A stretch of 61,923 nucleotides of DNA, counting the filler, from a candidate division TA06 bacterium SM23_40 (GTDB taxonomy: Bacteria > LJUI01 > SM1-40): the NCBI GenBank assembly GCA_001303705.1. It is 4 parts of 4 records of this genome, joined end to end, with 100 filler letters (N's around TTAATTAATTAA, not from the genome) between each part and the next. Parts side by side here need not be neighbours in the genome. Positions count along the whole stretch, not along the records: positions 29,213 to 43,029 come from LJUI01000096.1; 3 more parts are not named here. One strand, given 5' to 3'. This document shows, in pieces, positions 29,213 to 39,814 of the stretch (within the stretch, counting starts at the first letter, position 1; every line of letters starts with the position of its first letter). A program made the translations under genes and the position numbers. The notes beneath the pieces were generated by a model. It made no database searches, was not told the origin of the DNA, and saw only the letters and a program-made list of their open reading frames with translations.

Positions 29213-29554
29213 CTCGGGGCCGACGATGATGACAAACAGGTTGACCTTCCGGTTATCGAGCGCCTCGAAGTTCACGCCCTTTGGAGAGACGGCAAGGCCC
29301 AGCACGAAATCAGTGATCCCTTTGAGCTTGCAGTGAGGGATGGCCAAACCACCTCCGAACCCGGTCGATCCGAGCTCCTCCCGTTCCTTCAGCGCGTGGA
29401 CGATCTCCTGCACCGGCGTTTCCTGCAATGCGGCTGATTGTTTCATCAGCGCGGCGAGCTCTTCCAGGGCCCTGTCTTTCGCTCTGGCCTTCAGCGACGT
29501 CTTACAGCATTCGACCGTCAACAATTCGTATATCTCCATTGCAGCCTCACTCAC
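29213..29554 (-). CDS. PTS IIA (Ntr/fructose-type) domain protein, 3'-truncated
   Basis: EREELGSTGFGGGLAIPHCK. Confidence 0.88.
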
Positions 29555-29571
29555 TCAAGCGCACAACGGCT

Positions 29572-30819
29572 CTACAGCTCAAGCCCTCTCACGATGCCGA
29601 TTTTGGAGAGCGGCGGCCCGATGAGCTCATTGATGAATACCGAGAAGAGCACGATATTGGCTATCCGAGCCATCATGACCTGAGCATCGCCAGAAGCCCC
29701 GTTGAGGACGGGAGACGCCTGAAGGAAGAGCACGAGTCCGATCGCAACTCCTGCCTGAGGAAACATGCAGAGCCCGAGGAATCGCCTCACCTTGGCCGTC
29801 GATCCCGCCGTCACCGCTCCCAGATAGACCCCCGCGTACTTCCCGATGAGCCGGGAGATGACATAGACACCCCCCAGGGTGAGGATCGCTGTGTTCGCCA
29901 GCAGGCCGAGCTGCAATTCCGTCCCCGCAATAGCGAAGAAGGAGGCGTACAGCGGAGGCGTGATGGGCTCGATTATTCCGAAGATACGGTAGTTCTTCCG
30001 GGAGAGGTTGATGAGGACCGCTCCCATCATCATGTTCGTGATCAGTGGCGAGAGGTTGAGGGAGATCGACATCGCTGTCGTCAGAAAGATCATTCCGAGC
30101 GAGATGATGAGGATCTCGTTTACCTTGAACTTCCGCACGGTTGCGACGTGGGTAATGATGCCCGCGACAAGCCCGAGAACGAGCGATAGGAGCACTTCGC
30201 GCAGGGCATGACCGATAACGAGCCATGCGCCATGGGAGACCTCGCCGCCCAACATCGACCCGGCAAACGCCAGAATGACGGCGAACAGGAGGACACATCC
30301 GGCATCGTCGAGGGCGACCACACCGTACAGATAGTCGATGAACTCTCCTCTCACCCGCAAGCTCTGCACGATGGCGACGGTGGCCGCCGGAGCGGTAGCC
30401 GAGGCGATAGCCCCGAGCAGCAATGAGTAGACGAGCGGCAGTCTAAAGACGGTCAGGCAGAAACTCACTACCGCGAACGTCAATAACAACTGGAAGAGCG
30501 TGATGATGATCACACCCTTACCTACTCTCCTCAGCTTTCCCAGTGCGAACTCGCCGCCGATCGTGATGGCCACGATTCCCAGGGCAACTTCTGTGACTGT
30601 CTGCAGGGACTCCGCCATATGAGCGTGGATGATACCGGTCAGGGATTCGCCGAGAAAGAGACCGGCCACGAGATAGCCGGTGATCGGGGGAAGCTTCACT
30701 CTCTCCGCCAGCTTGCCCAGAACGTAGCCGGAGATCAGGAGGATCCCCATGCTGAAGATGACGTGGTGGTTGAAGGTGTCCCTGATGTGTATGAAGATGT
30801 TGAGAATGCCTTCGGCCAT
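29572..30819 (-). CDS. cation:proton antiporter (CPA family)
   Basis: Many TMs; ATAPAAT, VALDDA, PQAGVAIGL. Confidence 0.9.
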   Translation of the reverse strand: MAEGILNIFIHIRDTFNHHVIFSMGILLISGYVLGKLAERVKLPPITGYLVAGLFLGESLTGIIHAHMAESLQTVTEVALGIVAITIGGEFALGKLRRVGKGVIIITLFQLLLTFAVVSFCLTVFRLPLVYSLLLGAIASATAPAATVAIVQSLRVRGEFIDYLYGVVALDDAGCVLLFAVILAFAGSMLGGEVSHGAWLVIGHALREVLLSLVLGLVAGIITHVATVRKFKVNEILIISLGMIFLTTAMSISLNLSPLITNMMMGAVLINLSRKNYRIFGIIEPITPPLYASFFAIAGTELQLGLLANTAILTLGGVYVISRLIGKYAGVYLGAVTAGSTAKVRRFLGLCMFPQAGVAIGLVLFLQASPVLNGASGDAQVMMARIANIVLFSVFINELIGPPLSKIGIVRGLEL

Positions 30820-31222
30820 TCGCGGACTCGGTTCACATTCGATGGTGCGGGCCGGATAGACCGCCCAGAAGCTCCGCAGGACGGAGTAATAGGTGCGCTT
30901 TGGTTACAGCTAAAGATAACCCACCACCGAGCGACGAGACAAGCAAAATCTGTCCGCCGTCCGGCGCACCTGCAGCTACACGTCTGCCCTGTCGCCCCTT
31001 GCTGGCGATTCGAACCCCGTTTCAGCGGGCCATAGCCTCAATACGCGTCCCGGGTTCTCGAGCGGGCATCAGCCCGGGGGCAGAGAAGCCCACGTCTATA
31101 CGGGGTCTAGAGGGTCGCGGATAGATTCGGAGAGTGCGGAGGAGGCGCCAAGGAGAGAGCGGGGGTGCGGAAGGACCATCGGCCAGGAAGTGGAGGCGGG
31201 CCGGCCCGGGCCAGCGATCACA

Positions 31223-32301
31223 TCAGTCCTGAGCGTCACCAGAGGCGGGCGTAGGTCTCCATATGGGAGATGCGAAATTACATCCTGTGCACATTCGGCT
31301 CCTGCCATGCTTGACGAGCCGACGCGCATGTCGGTACCCGGGGTTGTTCCAGATCCGCGTGAGGACGCGTCCCTGAGATTGCCGAATTTGATGCCATGCA
31401 CATAATAGTTGAGAGGGCAGGCGGAGACATCGCCATTCACTGACACGAAGGGCGCGAACCAGAGCTGATTGCAGCCGCTGACCGGCTTGTCCTGATACGG
31501 AGGCGGGAGATTGAGATCGATGCCGATCTCCTGGGCCAGCCTTCCGAGATTCTGCATGTTCCGCTCCTCTTCCGGTATCAGGCACTCGGCGATCAGTGCC
31601 GGGTCGGGAGCAGGGGCGAGCCGCATGATCTGGAGCTTGTCAGCTCCCAGGTCCTTGACAAACCTCATGAGCGATGGAAACTGACGAACATTCTGCCTCA
31701 TCGCCAAGGTGGTCACCGTGAGAATGGGAAGCTCTCGATCGAGATCGCGCTTGAGCTCGGCGAACTGGGCGATCGCTCCCACCACGGTCTCGAACTTCGA
31801 TCCAATCCTTATCGACTCGTGTATCTTTGCGTCGTGGCTTTCGAGAGAGATCAGCAGTTCGAACAGGCCCGATTCGACAAGCTGCCTCTCAAGGCGACGG
31901 CCGAGTTTGGAGCCGTTCGTGAAGCAGTGCACCATCGGGACCCGCCGGGCTGCATACGAGATAAACTGGGGTAGTTGGGGATGGAGAGTGGGCTCGCCGA
32001 TGCCCCCGATCCAGAGATCCCTCAGATCGGGCAACGCGTCGAGTATGTCGTGAAATAGCTCTTCCGACATGTCCTGGTAGTGCGACCGGTCAAGGTATCT
32101 GTCGTGGAATCGACGGCACATGATGCAGGAGTGGCTGCATCTACCGGTCACCTCGAGGGTCAATTGCGGGGGTGGTAGCGGGACAAAAGGAGGGCGTACT
32201 GCCAGGATCATCTTCCGCACCAGAGCTCGGCCGGCCTCGCGGGCGCCGGCCTCTCTCACCTTCTTCACAGCTCTGCCTGCCAGCTGGAGGGGCGAATCCA
32301 T
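31223..32301 (-). CDS. radical SAM/SPASM protein with a 1-nt frameshift near 31364
   Basis: CSHSCIMC, GIGEPTLHP; SPASM tail LTRIWNN...CTGC lies in another frame; adding 1 nt gives 360 codons. Confidence 0.78.
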
Positions 32302-32509
32302 ACATGCCTCCGGGGCGATTCCCCTCACGATGGACGTCATGACCGCATAACTACGGTGTCCTGCGGGCTTCGACCACGGCAGCCACACCGAGGCGACGAC
32401 TAGAAGTCCCGGCATCCGATCCAGACCTTGCAGGGGCTCCGTTCCCTCTACCCCATTCTCACCTGCCGGTCAAGAAGTATCCCATCTCTTCTCCTCAACG
32501 TTTCTCTTG

Positions 32510-32887
32510 ACAAACGGACGAAAGGCCCTAGACTGCCAGTCGGGAAGCTCGGACAGACGATGGATTGCTGCCGGAATCCCCCGGAGGTGCGTCGTCTCAT
32601 TCTGGAGGACATAGTCAGTGCCGAGCGGGGTCCGAAGCTCGACGAATGCGACGATTGCCTTTTCGCTGCCCCGGAGATGCTCTACTATGATGACAATGAT
32701 CGAGCGGCGCCTACGCCCTGATCGGCGCCACAGTCGACGATTGCATCGAGATTCTGGAGGCCATAGGAAAAAGATCGAAAAGATGAATGAATTCCAATAG
32801 CGATGGGGATACGGCGTTGCGCCCGGCATGACGGGCTTTGTCGATCTCGCAATGCTGATCTTCTTCAAAAAGAGAAAGTGGTTCTAG
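32510..32887 (+). pseudogene. corA: corA Mg/Co transporter relic
   Basis: Fragments LILEDIVSAERGPKLDECDDCLF...MLYYD, AYALIGATVDD...ILEAIG, FQ*RWGYG...MLIFFKKRKWF in CorA order, with deletions, frameshifts and a stop. Confidence 0.7.
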
Positions 32888-32906
32888 ATAGAGAAGGGGG
32901 GTGTGT

Positions 32907-33629
32907 ATGAACTCGTTCCTCTTCGTCTTTGCACTTGTCGTCTCATTCATCGCGGTTCGAATCGGAGCCATCGGTTTTCAGTTAACGGGTGTCGAATGGT
33001 CGCTCGCTAAGTTCCAGGCCCTCTCGTGTTTCACGGGAACAGGATTCACCACGAAAGAGTCCGAGCTGATCGCAAGTCACCCTCAACGGCGGCGAATCGC
33101 CTCGTGGCTCATGGTCTTTGGTAACGCCGGGCTCGTCACCCTGATAGCTACCTTCGCCAACTCCCTCAGACCATCAGCCATCGTGACTCAGGTCACGCTT
33201 CCGTTCCTGGACATGGTCTTTCCTCCGAGCCTTCTCCCGTTGATGAACCTATTGGTTCTTGTGGTCATTGTATATGTTGTTTACCGTATCTTCACGCAGA
33301 CGACTATTGCCAGGAAGATGACGAATGCATTACGGGCGCGCATCATCAAGAGGAGGATGGTCAAGCCTGTCACGTTTGAGGAACTCGTGGTGGCAACGGG
33401 GGGCTACGGGGTGTCGAGCATCGAGATCTGTGACGACAGCCCTGTTCTGGGCAAAACGATTATCGAAACCGATCTGCGAGGCCGCGACATCACCGTTCTG
33501 GCTATCGAGAGGGGTGAGAAGACGATCCCCAACCCTTCGGCGGCCGATCGGATCTACAAGGGCGACAGGCTGATCTGTTTCGGGAAACTGCAGATGATGA
33601 GAGACGAATTGTGTGCCGCCCCTGAATAG
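32907..33629 (+). CDS. TrkA-C (RCK_C) domain membrane protein
   Basis: AKFQALSCFTGTGFTTKESE...HPQRRRI; C-terminal TrkA-C domain. Confidence 0.85.
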   Translation: MNSFLFVFALVVSFIAVRIGAIGFQLTGVEWSLAKFQALSCFTGTGFTTKESELIASHPQRRRIASWLMVFGNAGLVTLIATFANSLRPSAIVTQVTLPFLDMVFPPSLLPLMNLLVLVVIVYVVYRIFTQTTIARKMTNALRARIIKRRMVKPVTFEELVVATGGYGVSSIEICDDSPVLGKTIIETDLRGRDITVLAIERGEKTIPNPSAADRIYKGDRLICFGKLQMMRDELCAAPE

Positions 33630-33743
33630 TCCGTAGAGATTGCCAATAGCACCAAGAAGAGCGGGACCGCAGTCGATCGTGCAGCAGATCGTGCGGTCCC
33701 GCGGTTGTAAGGCTCACTCATTACCTGACGGACAACGTGAGGG

Positions 33744-34964
33744 TTACAGAAGTCTCTTCTCACCTTCGATTTTCTGTACATCGGTGATGTCCTGCGTCAC
33801 CTCTATCACACCCAGGTACTCTCCCTTCTTGTTCCGCACCGGGAAGTAGCGTATGTAGATCAGCCGTCCCTCCATGTTGATCCAGAACTCCGCCACCTCC
33901 CTGCGACCTCTCTTGAAGTCGTCTACGATCTGGTTTACGACATGGATGCTCTTCTGGGGATGGCATTGCTGGACCTCTCGCCCGATGATCGCCTTAGTCC
34001 TCGGGAAGATCCTGTCCTTAGTCTGGCTGAAGTATCGGACTTTGTCTTCCTTGTCCACAAAGGTGATGTCGACGGGAAGACTGTCGAGCATCGACTCAAG
34101 CTCCTCCTCGGAGACCTCGCCCGTCCCGAATAGCATCTTTCCCTCCTTCACTCGCGCGGGAGCATGCGATTCAGCTACCCGAGAAGAAACCACGGCGGAC
34201 TCGGGCGTGAAGGACGTGTACCCAAGTTCGTCGAACTGCCTCCCTATCTCATTCCATTCATCACCGGCGATGACCTTCAATCCAGTTGGAAAGAGGATAT
34301 TGTTCTCTTTGTAGAAATGGTTCGAGAGTATCTCTGCCAGGGAGATCGCTGCGGTCTTCAGCTGCTCTCTGAAGGCATCGAATGCCATCTTCTCCCTGCC
34401 GGCGATGAGATCGTACAGACCTTTCTCAATCCCCCGTATCTTGTCGTGCTCAGTCCACATGATCGCCGGCGGCTGCGTGATGCCGTGCCTCTCGAGATAG
34501 GGAAAGAGCACGTTCTCTTCCCTCACATAGTGACTGGCCGAATCCTTCAGGCCCTCCTCGATGCGCCTCAGCTCTTCTATCTCCTCTGCACTGGATGTGA
34601 GATCGCTCGCACTCTGCAGCGCATCAGTAACGCATTTCAACTGATCGGCAAATCCGAGAAGAGCATTGTGTTCTTCCATGAGCGTGTGGATGGGGTGCCC
34701 CGGGGGCGCGAGTGTTCCGCCCTCCTGCAACGTCTCCTTGAACAGAGCGAGGTGCAGATCACACAGCTTCAGTATCTGCTCGCGCGGCATACCTTCCTTT
34801 ATGAGTTCTTCCTCTATTTGGGGTATTTCAGCCGAGGATGCATCGCCTATTACCTGCCTGAACTCTTCTTTGAGATCTTCAGGTTTCTCACCCTGGTGCA
34901 ATCTCCTGATCAGTGCTTTGAGACCCTCCTTCTTCGATTTGGCGTCGTCATGCAACGGGCCCAT
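33744..34964 (-). CDS. DUF438/hemerythrin/PAS domain protein
   Basis: KLCDLH, GHPIHTLMEEH, HYVREENVLFP, LPVDITFVD, CHPQKS. Confidence 0.9.
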   Translation of the reverse strand: MGPLHDDAKSKKEGLKALIRRLHQGEKPEDLKEEFRQVIGDASSAEIPQIEEELIKEGMPREQILKLCDLHLALFKETLQEGGTLAPPGHPIHTLMEEHNALLGFADQLKCVTDALQSASDLTSSAEEIEELRRIEEGLKDSASHYVREENVLFPYLERHGITQPPAIMWTEHDKIRGIEKGLYDLIAGREKMAFDAFREQLKTAAISLAEILSNHFYKENNILFPTGLKVIAGDEWNEIGRQFDELGYTSFTPESAVVSSRVAESHAPARVKEGKMLFGTGEVSEEELESMLDSLPVDITFVDKEDKVRYFSQTKDRIFPRTKAIIGREVQQCHPQKSIHVVNQIVDDFKRGRREVAEFWINMEGRLIYIRYFPVRNKKGEYLGVIEVTQDITDVQKIEGEKRLL

Positions 34965-35013
34965 AATCTATTCTCCTCTGCTCTACCTCACACATCGTGG
35001 ATGTAGGAGACGC

Positions 35014-36261
35014 TCATTTCTTTTTCGCCGCACGGACCGCCCGCAGTTCAGCGGCCATCGTCCTGATCTCGGTCAGATCTTCCTTCATTTCACTGAAGCC
35101 ATACCACCACGCGTAGTCCGGATTGGCGTGGAATGTGCCCTGGAATGTCCTCATCCGGTGCTTGAGAAACATCACGAATAGCCTCTGCTCTATCGACGTA
35201 GGGGCATCATTGAATGCCAGCAGATCGGGAAATGGATATGCATAGCTCTCGGGTTTCTTGATGATGCCGTCCTTGTACAGGCCGGCTACAAGGCGAATCG
35301 CCTCAGCCATTAGATGATCTGCTTCCCTGATCATTTGATCGCCCTTGGCCAGCTCTCCTTTCGCGAAGTTGGAGGAGTGACACTGGTTGCAGGCCGTCAT
35401 CATCTTCTTGCGCTCCGCCTGCCAATCATCCTCCGTCAGTCGGGCGACATCAGCGGCCTTCACAACCTCGAGTCTGGCCGTGGGATTGCCCTCGGGGTCG
35501 AGCACACCGAGCGCCTGGAGAATCGCGGCACGATCAGCAGCCCACTGATCGTCCTCGGGCATCGGGAGCCGGACAGCGAGGAATCCCCAGGCTGTTCTCA
35601 CCGCATGGTTGCCATCCTGCATATGGCAGGTTTGACACGTCGGCGCGGCGGCGGTCTTGGGGAGCGTCCCGTTCTGCTTCAACAGATATCGAACACCGTG
35701 CTTGGACGTCGAATACATCTCCCACTGGGGATGGTCAAATCCCATGTGGCAGGTCTGGCAGGCCTGCGGCTGTCTGGCCTCCGTGACGGAGAAGAGGTGG
35801 CGTGTATGACAGGCATCGCATGAGGCTATGCCGAACCCTGCGCCGTCCCGCCTCAGCTCAGTGATCTCCTCCTCGGTCTTCAGCCCGATCTTGTGGCACC
35901 CCCCGCACCCCTTCATCCCCTCCATCATGGCCATCGGTTGCCAGTGTGCAGTCGGCATAGCATTCATCGCGACCCATCCGAACGCATGCTTGCCCGCCGT
36001 GAACTGTTGGACCTGCTCCTTGTGGCATGCCGCGCATGATTGGGGAGTGGGGATTTCGACCTTCTGTACGTCCTTGTGCGACGTGTGCTCATCGCCATGG
36101 CAGACCGAACAGCCGATCTCGTTCTGTCCGTGCTTGCTCAGCTGCCAATCGGATACGATGTTGGGCGTGACTTCCTCGTGGCATTCGACACAGGCCTGAG
36201 CAAAGCCACTCGTGGCGAGAAAGAGACTCGCGACACAGACGACGATCATAGCGTAGGACAT
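35014..36261 (-). CDS. octaheme hydroxylamine oxidoreductase-family cytochrome c
   Basis: Signal peptide, 8 CxxCH, CHTRHLFS, CHMGFDHPQWEMY, FHANPDY. Confidence 0.88.
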   Translation of the reverse strand: MSYAMIVVCVASLFLATSGFAQACVECHEEVTPNIVSDWQLSKHGQNEIGCSVCHGDEHTSHKDVQKVEIPTPQSCAACHKEQVQQFTAGKHAFGWVAMNAMPTAHWQPMAMMEGMKGCGGCHKIGLKTEEEITELRRDGAGFGIASCDACHTRHLFSVTEARQPQACQTCHMGFDHPQWEMYSTSKHGVRYLLKQNGTLPKTAAAPTCQTCHMQDGNHAVRTAWGFLAVRLPMPEDDQWAADRAAILQALGVLDPEGNPTARLEVVKAADVARLTEDDWQAERKKMMTACNQCHSSNFAKGELAKGDQMIREADHLMAEAIRLVAGLYKDGIIKKPESYAYPFPDLLAFNDAPTSIEQRLFVMFLKHRMRTFQGTFHANPDYAWWYGFSEMKEDLTEIRTMAAELRAVRAAKKK

Positions 36262-36356
36262 GGCGACCCTCCTTCGTGCGGTCAGTACCCCGGCCCTCTC
36301 TCGATAGCGAGGTAGGTGGCTCCACAACACCCGGACGGCGTAGTCTCGGGGGTCTG

Positions 36357-37196
36357 CTACTCCGTGCCGCCGGACTTCACACCACTCACTTTGACACTGA
36401 CGACCGAGCTCGAGACTTCGCCCACGGCCTCGGGCGCCATTCCGGAACCTTCGATTACAGCCCTGCCTTGCGGATCAGCGAGCATGCAGTCGAGTGAGAA
36501 CGCTGTCTCTTCGATCACCTCCACGTCCCGAAATCCCGCACTCTCAATCGTCGCCATGTAGGCATCCCTCATCATCGCTCCCGAGAGACATCCCACGTAC
36601 CCCTCGATCGAGTTCCTTATGGATTCGGGGAGCTGCTTCAGCAAGACGAGATCTGCGACCATTATCCTACCGCCCGGTCTCAGCACTCTGAACACCTCTC
36701 TGAATACCCTCCCCTTGTCGGTCGAAAGGTTGATGACGCAGTTCGATATCACCACGTCTACGGAGTTGTCAGCCACGGGCAGATTCTCGATCTCCCCGAG
36801 CCTGAACTCCGCATTTCGATACCCGGACGAGGCGGCGATCTTCCTCGCCTTCTCGATCATCTCTGGCGTCATGTCAACGCCTATGACCGTTCCGTTCTCC
36901 CCGACCTTGTTGGAGGCGAGGAAGCAGTCGAACCCAGCACCCGAACCGAGATCGAGGACGACCTCGCCCTCTCTGAGGGAGGCGAGCGCAACGGGATTGC
37001 CGCACCCCAGGCCCAGATTTGCTATCTCCGGAACGGTCTCCAACTCCTTCGCAGAGTATCCTATCTTCTTGCTGATGTCATGTGCAAGGCGAGGGCCTCC
37101 ACAGCACGGGTCTCCGGACGCACAGCAACCGCTATCCTGCCTGGCGAACCTGGCGTACCCCTCCCTCACTGCCTTTTTGATCTCTTCTTTCTTCAT
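36357..37196 (-). CDS. arsM: arsenite S-adenosylmethyltransferase
   Basis: N-terminal CC pairs, GLGCGNP, LDLGSGAGFDC, ISNCVINL, GCLSGA. Confidence 0.9.
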   Translation of the reverse strand: MKKEEIKKAVREGYARFARQDSGCCASGDPCCGGPRLAHDISKKIGYSAKELETVPEIANLGLGCGNPVALASLREGEVVLDLGSGAGFDCFLASNKVGENGTVIGVDMTPEMIEKARKIAASSGYRNAEFRLGEIENLPVADNSVDVVISNCVINLSTDKGRVFREVFRVLRPGGRIMVADLVLLKQLPESIRNSIEGYVGCLSGAMMRDAYMATIESAGFRDVEVIEETAFSLDCMLADPQGRAVIEGSGMAPEAVGEVSSSVVSVKVSGVKSGGTE

Positions 37197-37604
37197 GTCA
37201 CGTTCGGTTCCTGCTTGTTCTGTATGCGCCAGCTTCCCGATGGTACTACCATAGGTAACAGCCCGGATCAGTCAGGAGTTCCGAGCACCTGACTGATGCG
37301 GTGACCGTCAGCGCGGGGCACCGGACAAAACCGATGGGGAGCGACGCCCCCCTCGATTCGTATACCGTACTCGCCCCTGCCAAATCCAGCAAAAAGTCGA
37401 TCACCCGCCATCGAACCGAATCAGAAGAGCCCTCCCCAGTCCGTCCCCTCATCAAGAGAGCTCGTTCCGACTGGTCTCCTGGTTCACGCGGTACTGGTCC
37501 TCGACGAGAGGTCAGAGTGCCGGACGGAGAGGTCGACGACCGAACCACGAATGTGGCTCTCCCGATTGCATCCAGATAGTGGACACCAGGACCCGACACG
37601 AGAA

Positions 37605-38870
37605 TCACGGATCCTGTTGCCGGGAGATCACCTCCCCCGCGAGATCGTAACCCAGCCCATCCGTGATCCGGGCCTGGCAGAACTCTCCCGGCATCGGCGC
37701 CGCACCGCGCAGGTATATCACTCCATCGATCTCCGGGGCATCTCCCGCCGTCCTTCCCACGGCGGAATATCCCCCGTGCCGATCATCCGCACCGCCTCCG
37801 AAATGCCTGTCCACCAACACCTCAACCACTTTACCGACCTGAGATCGGGAGCGAACGAAAGCGATCTCCTGCTGGATACTCATGAGCCGGTCCCGACGTG
37901 CCTCTCTCACGTGCTCAGGGACTTGATCGGGGAGCGTCGCAGCCTCAGTCCCCTCCTGAGGGGAAAAGATGAATACTCCGAGGTGGTCGAACGTCAGCTC
38001 GCGAACCGCGCTGCAGAGGCCCTCGAATTCGCCCGGGCCCTCCCCAGGGTATCCGACCAGTACGCTCGTCCGCAACGTCAGTCCCGGGATAGCCGTCCGC
38101 AGCCCGGCTATCATGTCTGATATCTCGCTTCCTCCCCGCGCTCTCTGCATCGAGCGCAACAACTGAGTCGAGAAATGCTGGACAGGAAGATCGAGGTACT
38201 TCACCACCTTCTCCTCTTCCCGGACGACGTCGATCATGTCCTGCGTCAGGTGGTCGGGGTGGCAATACAGGAGCCGGATCCAGTGAATGCCATCGACATC
38301 AGCGAGACGCGTCAGCAGGTCGCCGAGCAGCGATATGCCCGACAGATCGACGCCGTAGCAGGTCGTATCCTCAGCCACCAGGATAAGCTCACGGACTCCG
38401 ACCTCCGCCAGCCCGCGAGCCTCGTCCACCAGCAGATCGAGCGGCTTGCTGCAGTATGGCCCTCGAAGCTGCGGAATGATACAGAAGCTACATCGGTGAT
38501 CACATCCCTCTGCGATCTTCAGATAGGCCGAATGCGGAAAGGTCACGAGGTGCCGTCCGACCGATGAGCCCCACCAGCGAGATGCACCCGGGCTCCTGAG
38601 CCGGCTCACCCTCTTCCCCGCTTGGGCAAGACATCCCGCGACGACGATCCGAAGCTCAGGCCGCTCCTGCTTGAGCCGGGCCAGCCCGTCAAGAACCTCC
38701 CGCGACTCCGCCACTGCTTCATCGGTGAACGCACATGTATTGACAAGGATGAGCTCTGCATCATCTTGCTCTGAGACGAGACGGTGATTCCGTCGCACAA
38801 GCCGTGCCAACATCATCTCGGTATCCACCAGATTCTTGGGACACCCGAGACTGATGACGTGGATGTTCAT
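37605..38870 (-). CDS. rimO: ribosomal protein S12 methylthiotransferase
   Basis: SLGCPKNLVDTE, NTCAF, AYLKIAEGCDHRCSFCIIP, DAPEIDG TRAM domain. Confidence 0.92.
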   Translation of the reverse strand: MNIHVISLGCPKNLVDTEMMLARLVRRNHRLVSEQDDAELILVNTCAFTDEAVAESREVLDGLARLKQERPELRIVVAGCLAQAGKRVSRLRSPGASRWWGSSVGRHLVTFPHSAYLKIAEGCDHRCSFCIIPQLRGPYCSKPLDLLVDEARGLAEVGVRELILVAEDTTCYGVDLSGISLLGDLLTRLADVDGIHWIRLLYCHPDHLTQDMIDVVREEEKVVKYLDLPVQHFSTQLLRSMQRARGGSEISDMIAGLRTAIPGLTLRTSVLVGYPGEGPGEFEGLCSAVRELTFDHLGVFIFSPQEGTEAATLPDQVPEHVREARRDRLMSIQQEIAFVRSRSQVGKVVEVLVDRHFGGGADDRHGGYSAVGRTAGDAPEIDGVIYLRGAAPMPGEFCQARITDGLGYDLAGEVISRQQDP

Positions 38871-38888
38871 GGGAGGGGTCTCGGTGGG

Positions 38889-39602
38889 CTACTGCACATC
38901 GAACGTTTCGACGCCAGCGGGGGGAACGAAGTGAAAGAGAGAATCGGGCAGTGAGGTCTTCCTCCAGCCGTGTCCGAAGTCAAACGTTGTGAGCGTCCCG
39001 GCGCCGGTGTCGATCTCCAGGCGCATCACGTGCCACGTAGAGCGATCGATCGAAAGAATGAGTTTGCTGACATATGGGTTGACGTCGAGCGGCGTGAGCT
39101 CGAGGACGATGAGAGGTGCCTCGGCTTCACTCCCCGCCTCAGCCGCACCGCCGCTGGCGGCTGCGCCCTCCTCCGCTTCGCCCACGAGGCGGAATCGGTA
39201 AGCAATCTCAGAGTCACCGAAGAGTATGGCTGCCGGCTGGAAGCTCCGCTCAACATCTCCCAGTACACGCCTCAGCACCTGTTCGTGTTCTGGTGTGTAG
39301 ATCCAGAGCGTATCGCCATCGGTGATGATGAGCTGCTCCTGGGGCTTCTCCACTTCCATCCGCATCCTCCCGGGCTTCTTGATGAAGACCCTTCCATGCG
39401 AGCGCTGCTCAGTATCGAATTCGACGTATCGGACCGTCTGGACGAATTCGGCCTCCAGGGCATGGTGCCGCCCGTACTGCAACTGCAGCTCCTCCAACAC
39501 CGCCTCCGGCGTGAGCCCACCCGATCCTCCGTCCGCGGCACTGCTCACCGCCAGGCACGCAATCACGGCGGATGCGAGAGCCTTCCTCAGATCGCTGGCC
39601 AT
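38889..39602 (-). CDS. lolA: outer-membrane lipoprotein carrier LolA family
   Basis: AEFVQ, KKPGRMR, TDGDTLWIY, FHFVPPAGV; ftsK-lolA-rimO synteny. Confidence 0.85.
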   Translation of the reverse strand: MASDLRKALASAVIACLAVSSAADGGSGGLTPEAVLEELQLQYGRHHALEAEFVQTVRYVEFDTEQRSHGRVFIKKPGRMRMEVEKPQEQLIITDGDTLWIYTPEHEQVLRRVLGDVERSFQPAAILFGDSEIAYRFRLVGEAEEGAAASGGAAEAGSEAEAPLIVLELTPLDVNPYVSKLILSIDRSTWHVMRLEIDTGAGTLTTFDFGHGWRKTSLPDSLFHFVPPAGVETFDVQ

Positions 39603-39814
39603 AATACCTTTCGGTCAGGTTTAGATTCTGCCTGCATGTGATTGGCTAGCAGCAGCTTATTTTTCAGCAGTCTGTCGTCTGCCCCGGGCCAAGGGGCGCA
39701 GCGCGAGCGCGCGAAAGAGAAACGCTGCCGAGGCCAGGTTCCTGTGCGGGCTGGAACGGGACTGCAGGGGGGAGCTCCGGGCGGAATTCTATCGAGCTCT
39801 GTACGCTGGCGTGC

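Noticed and set aside
37197-37604. Riboswitch or small ORF upstream of arsM
   Set aside because: Only a 10-bp hairpin (37267-37297); no recognisable aptamer consensus or convincing ORF
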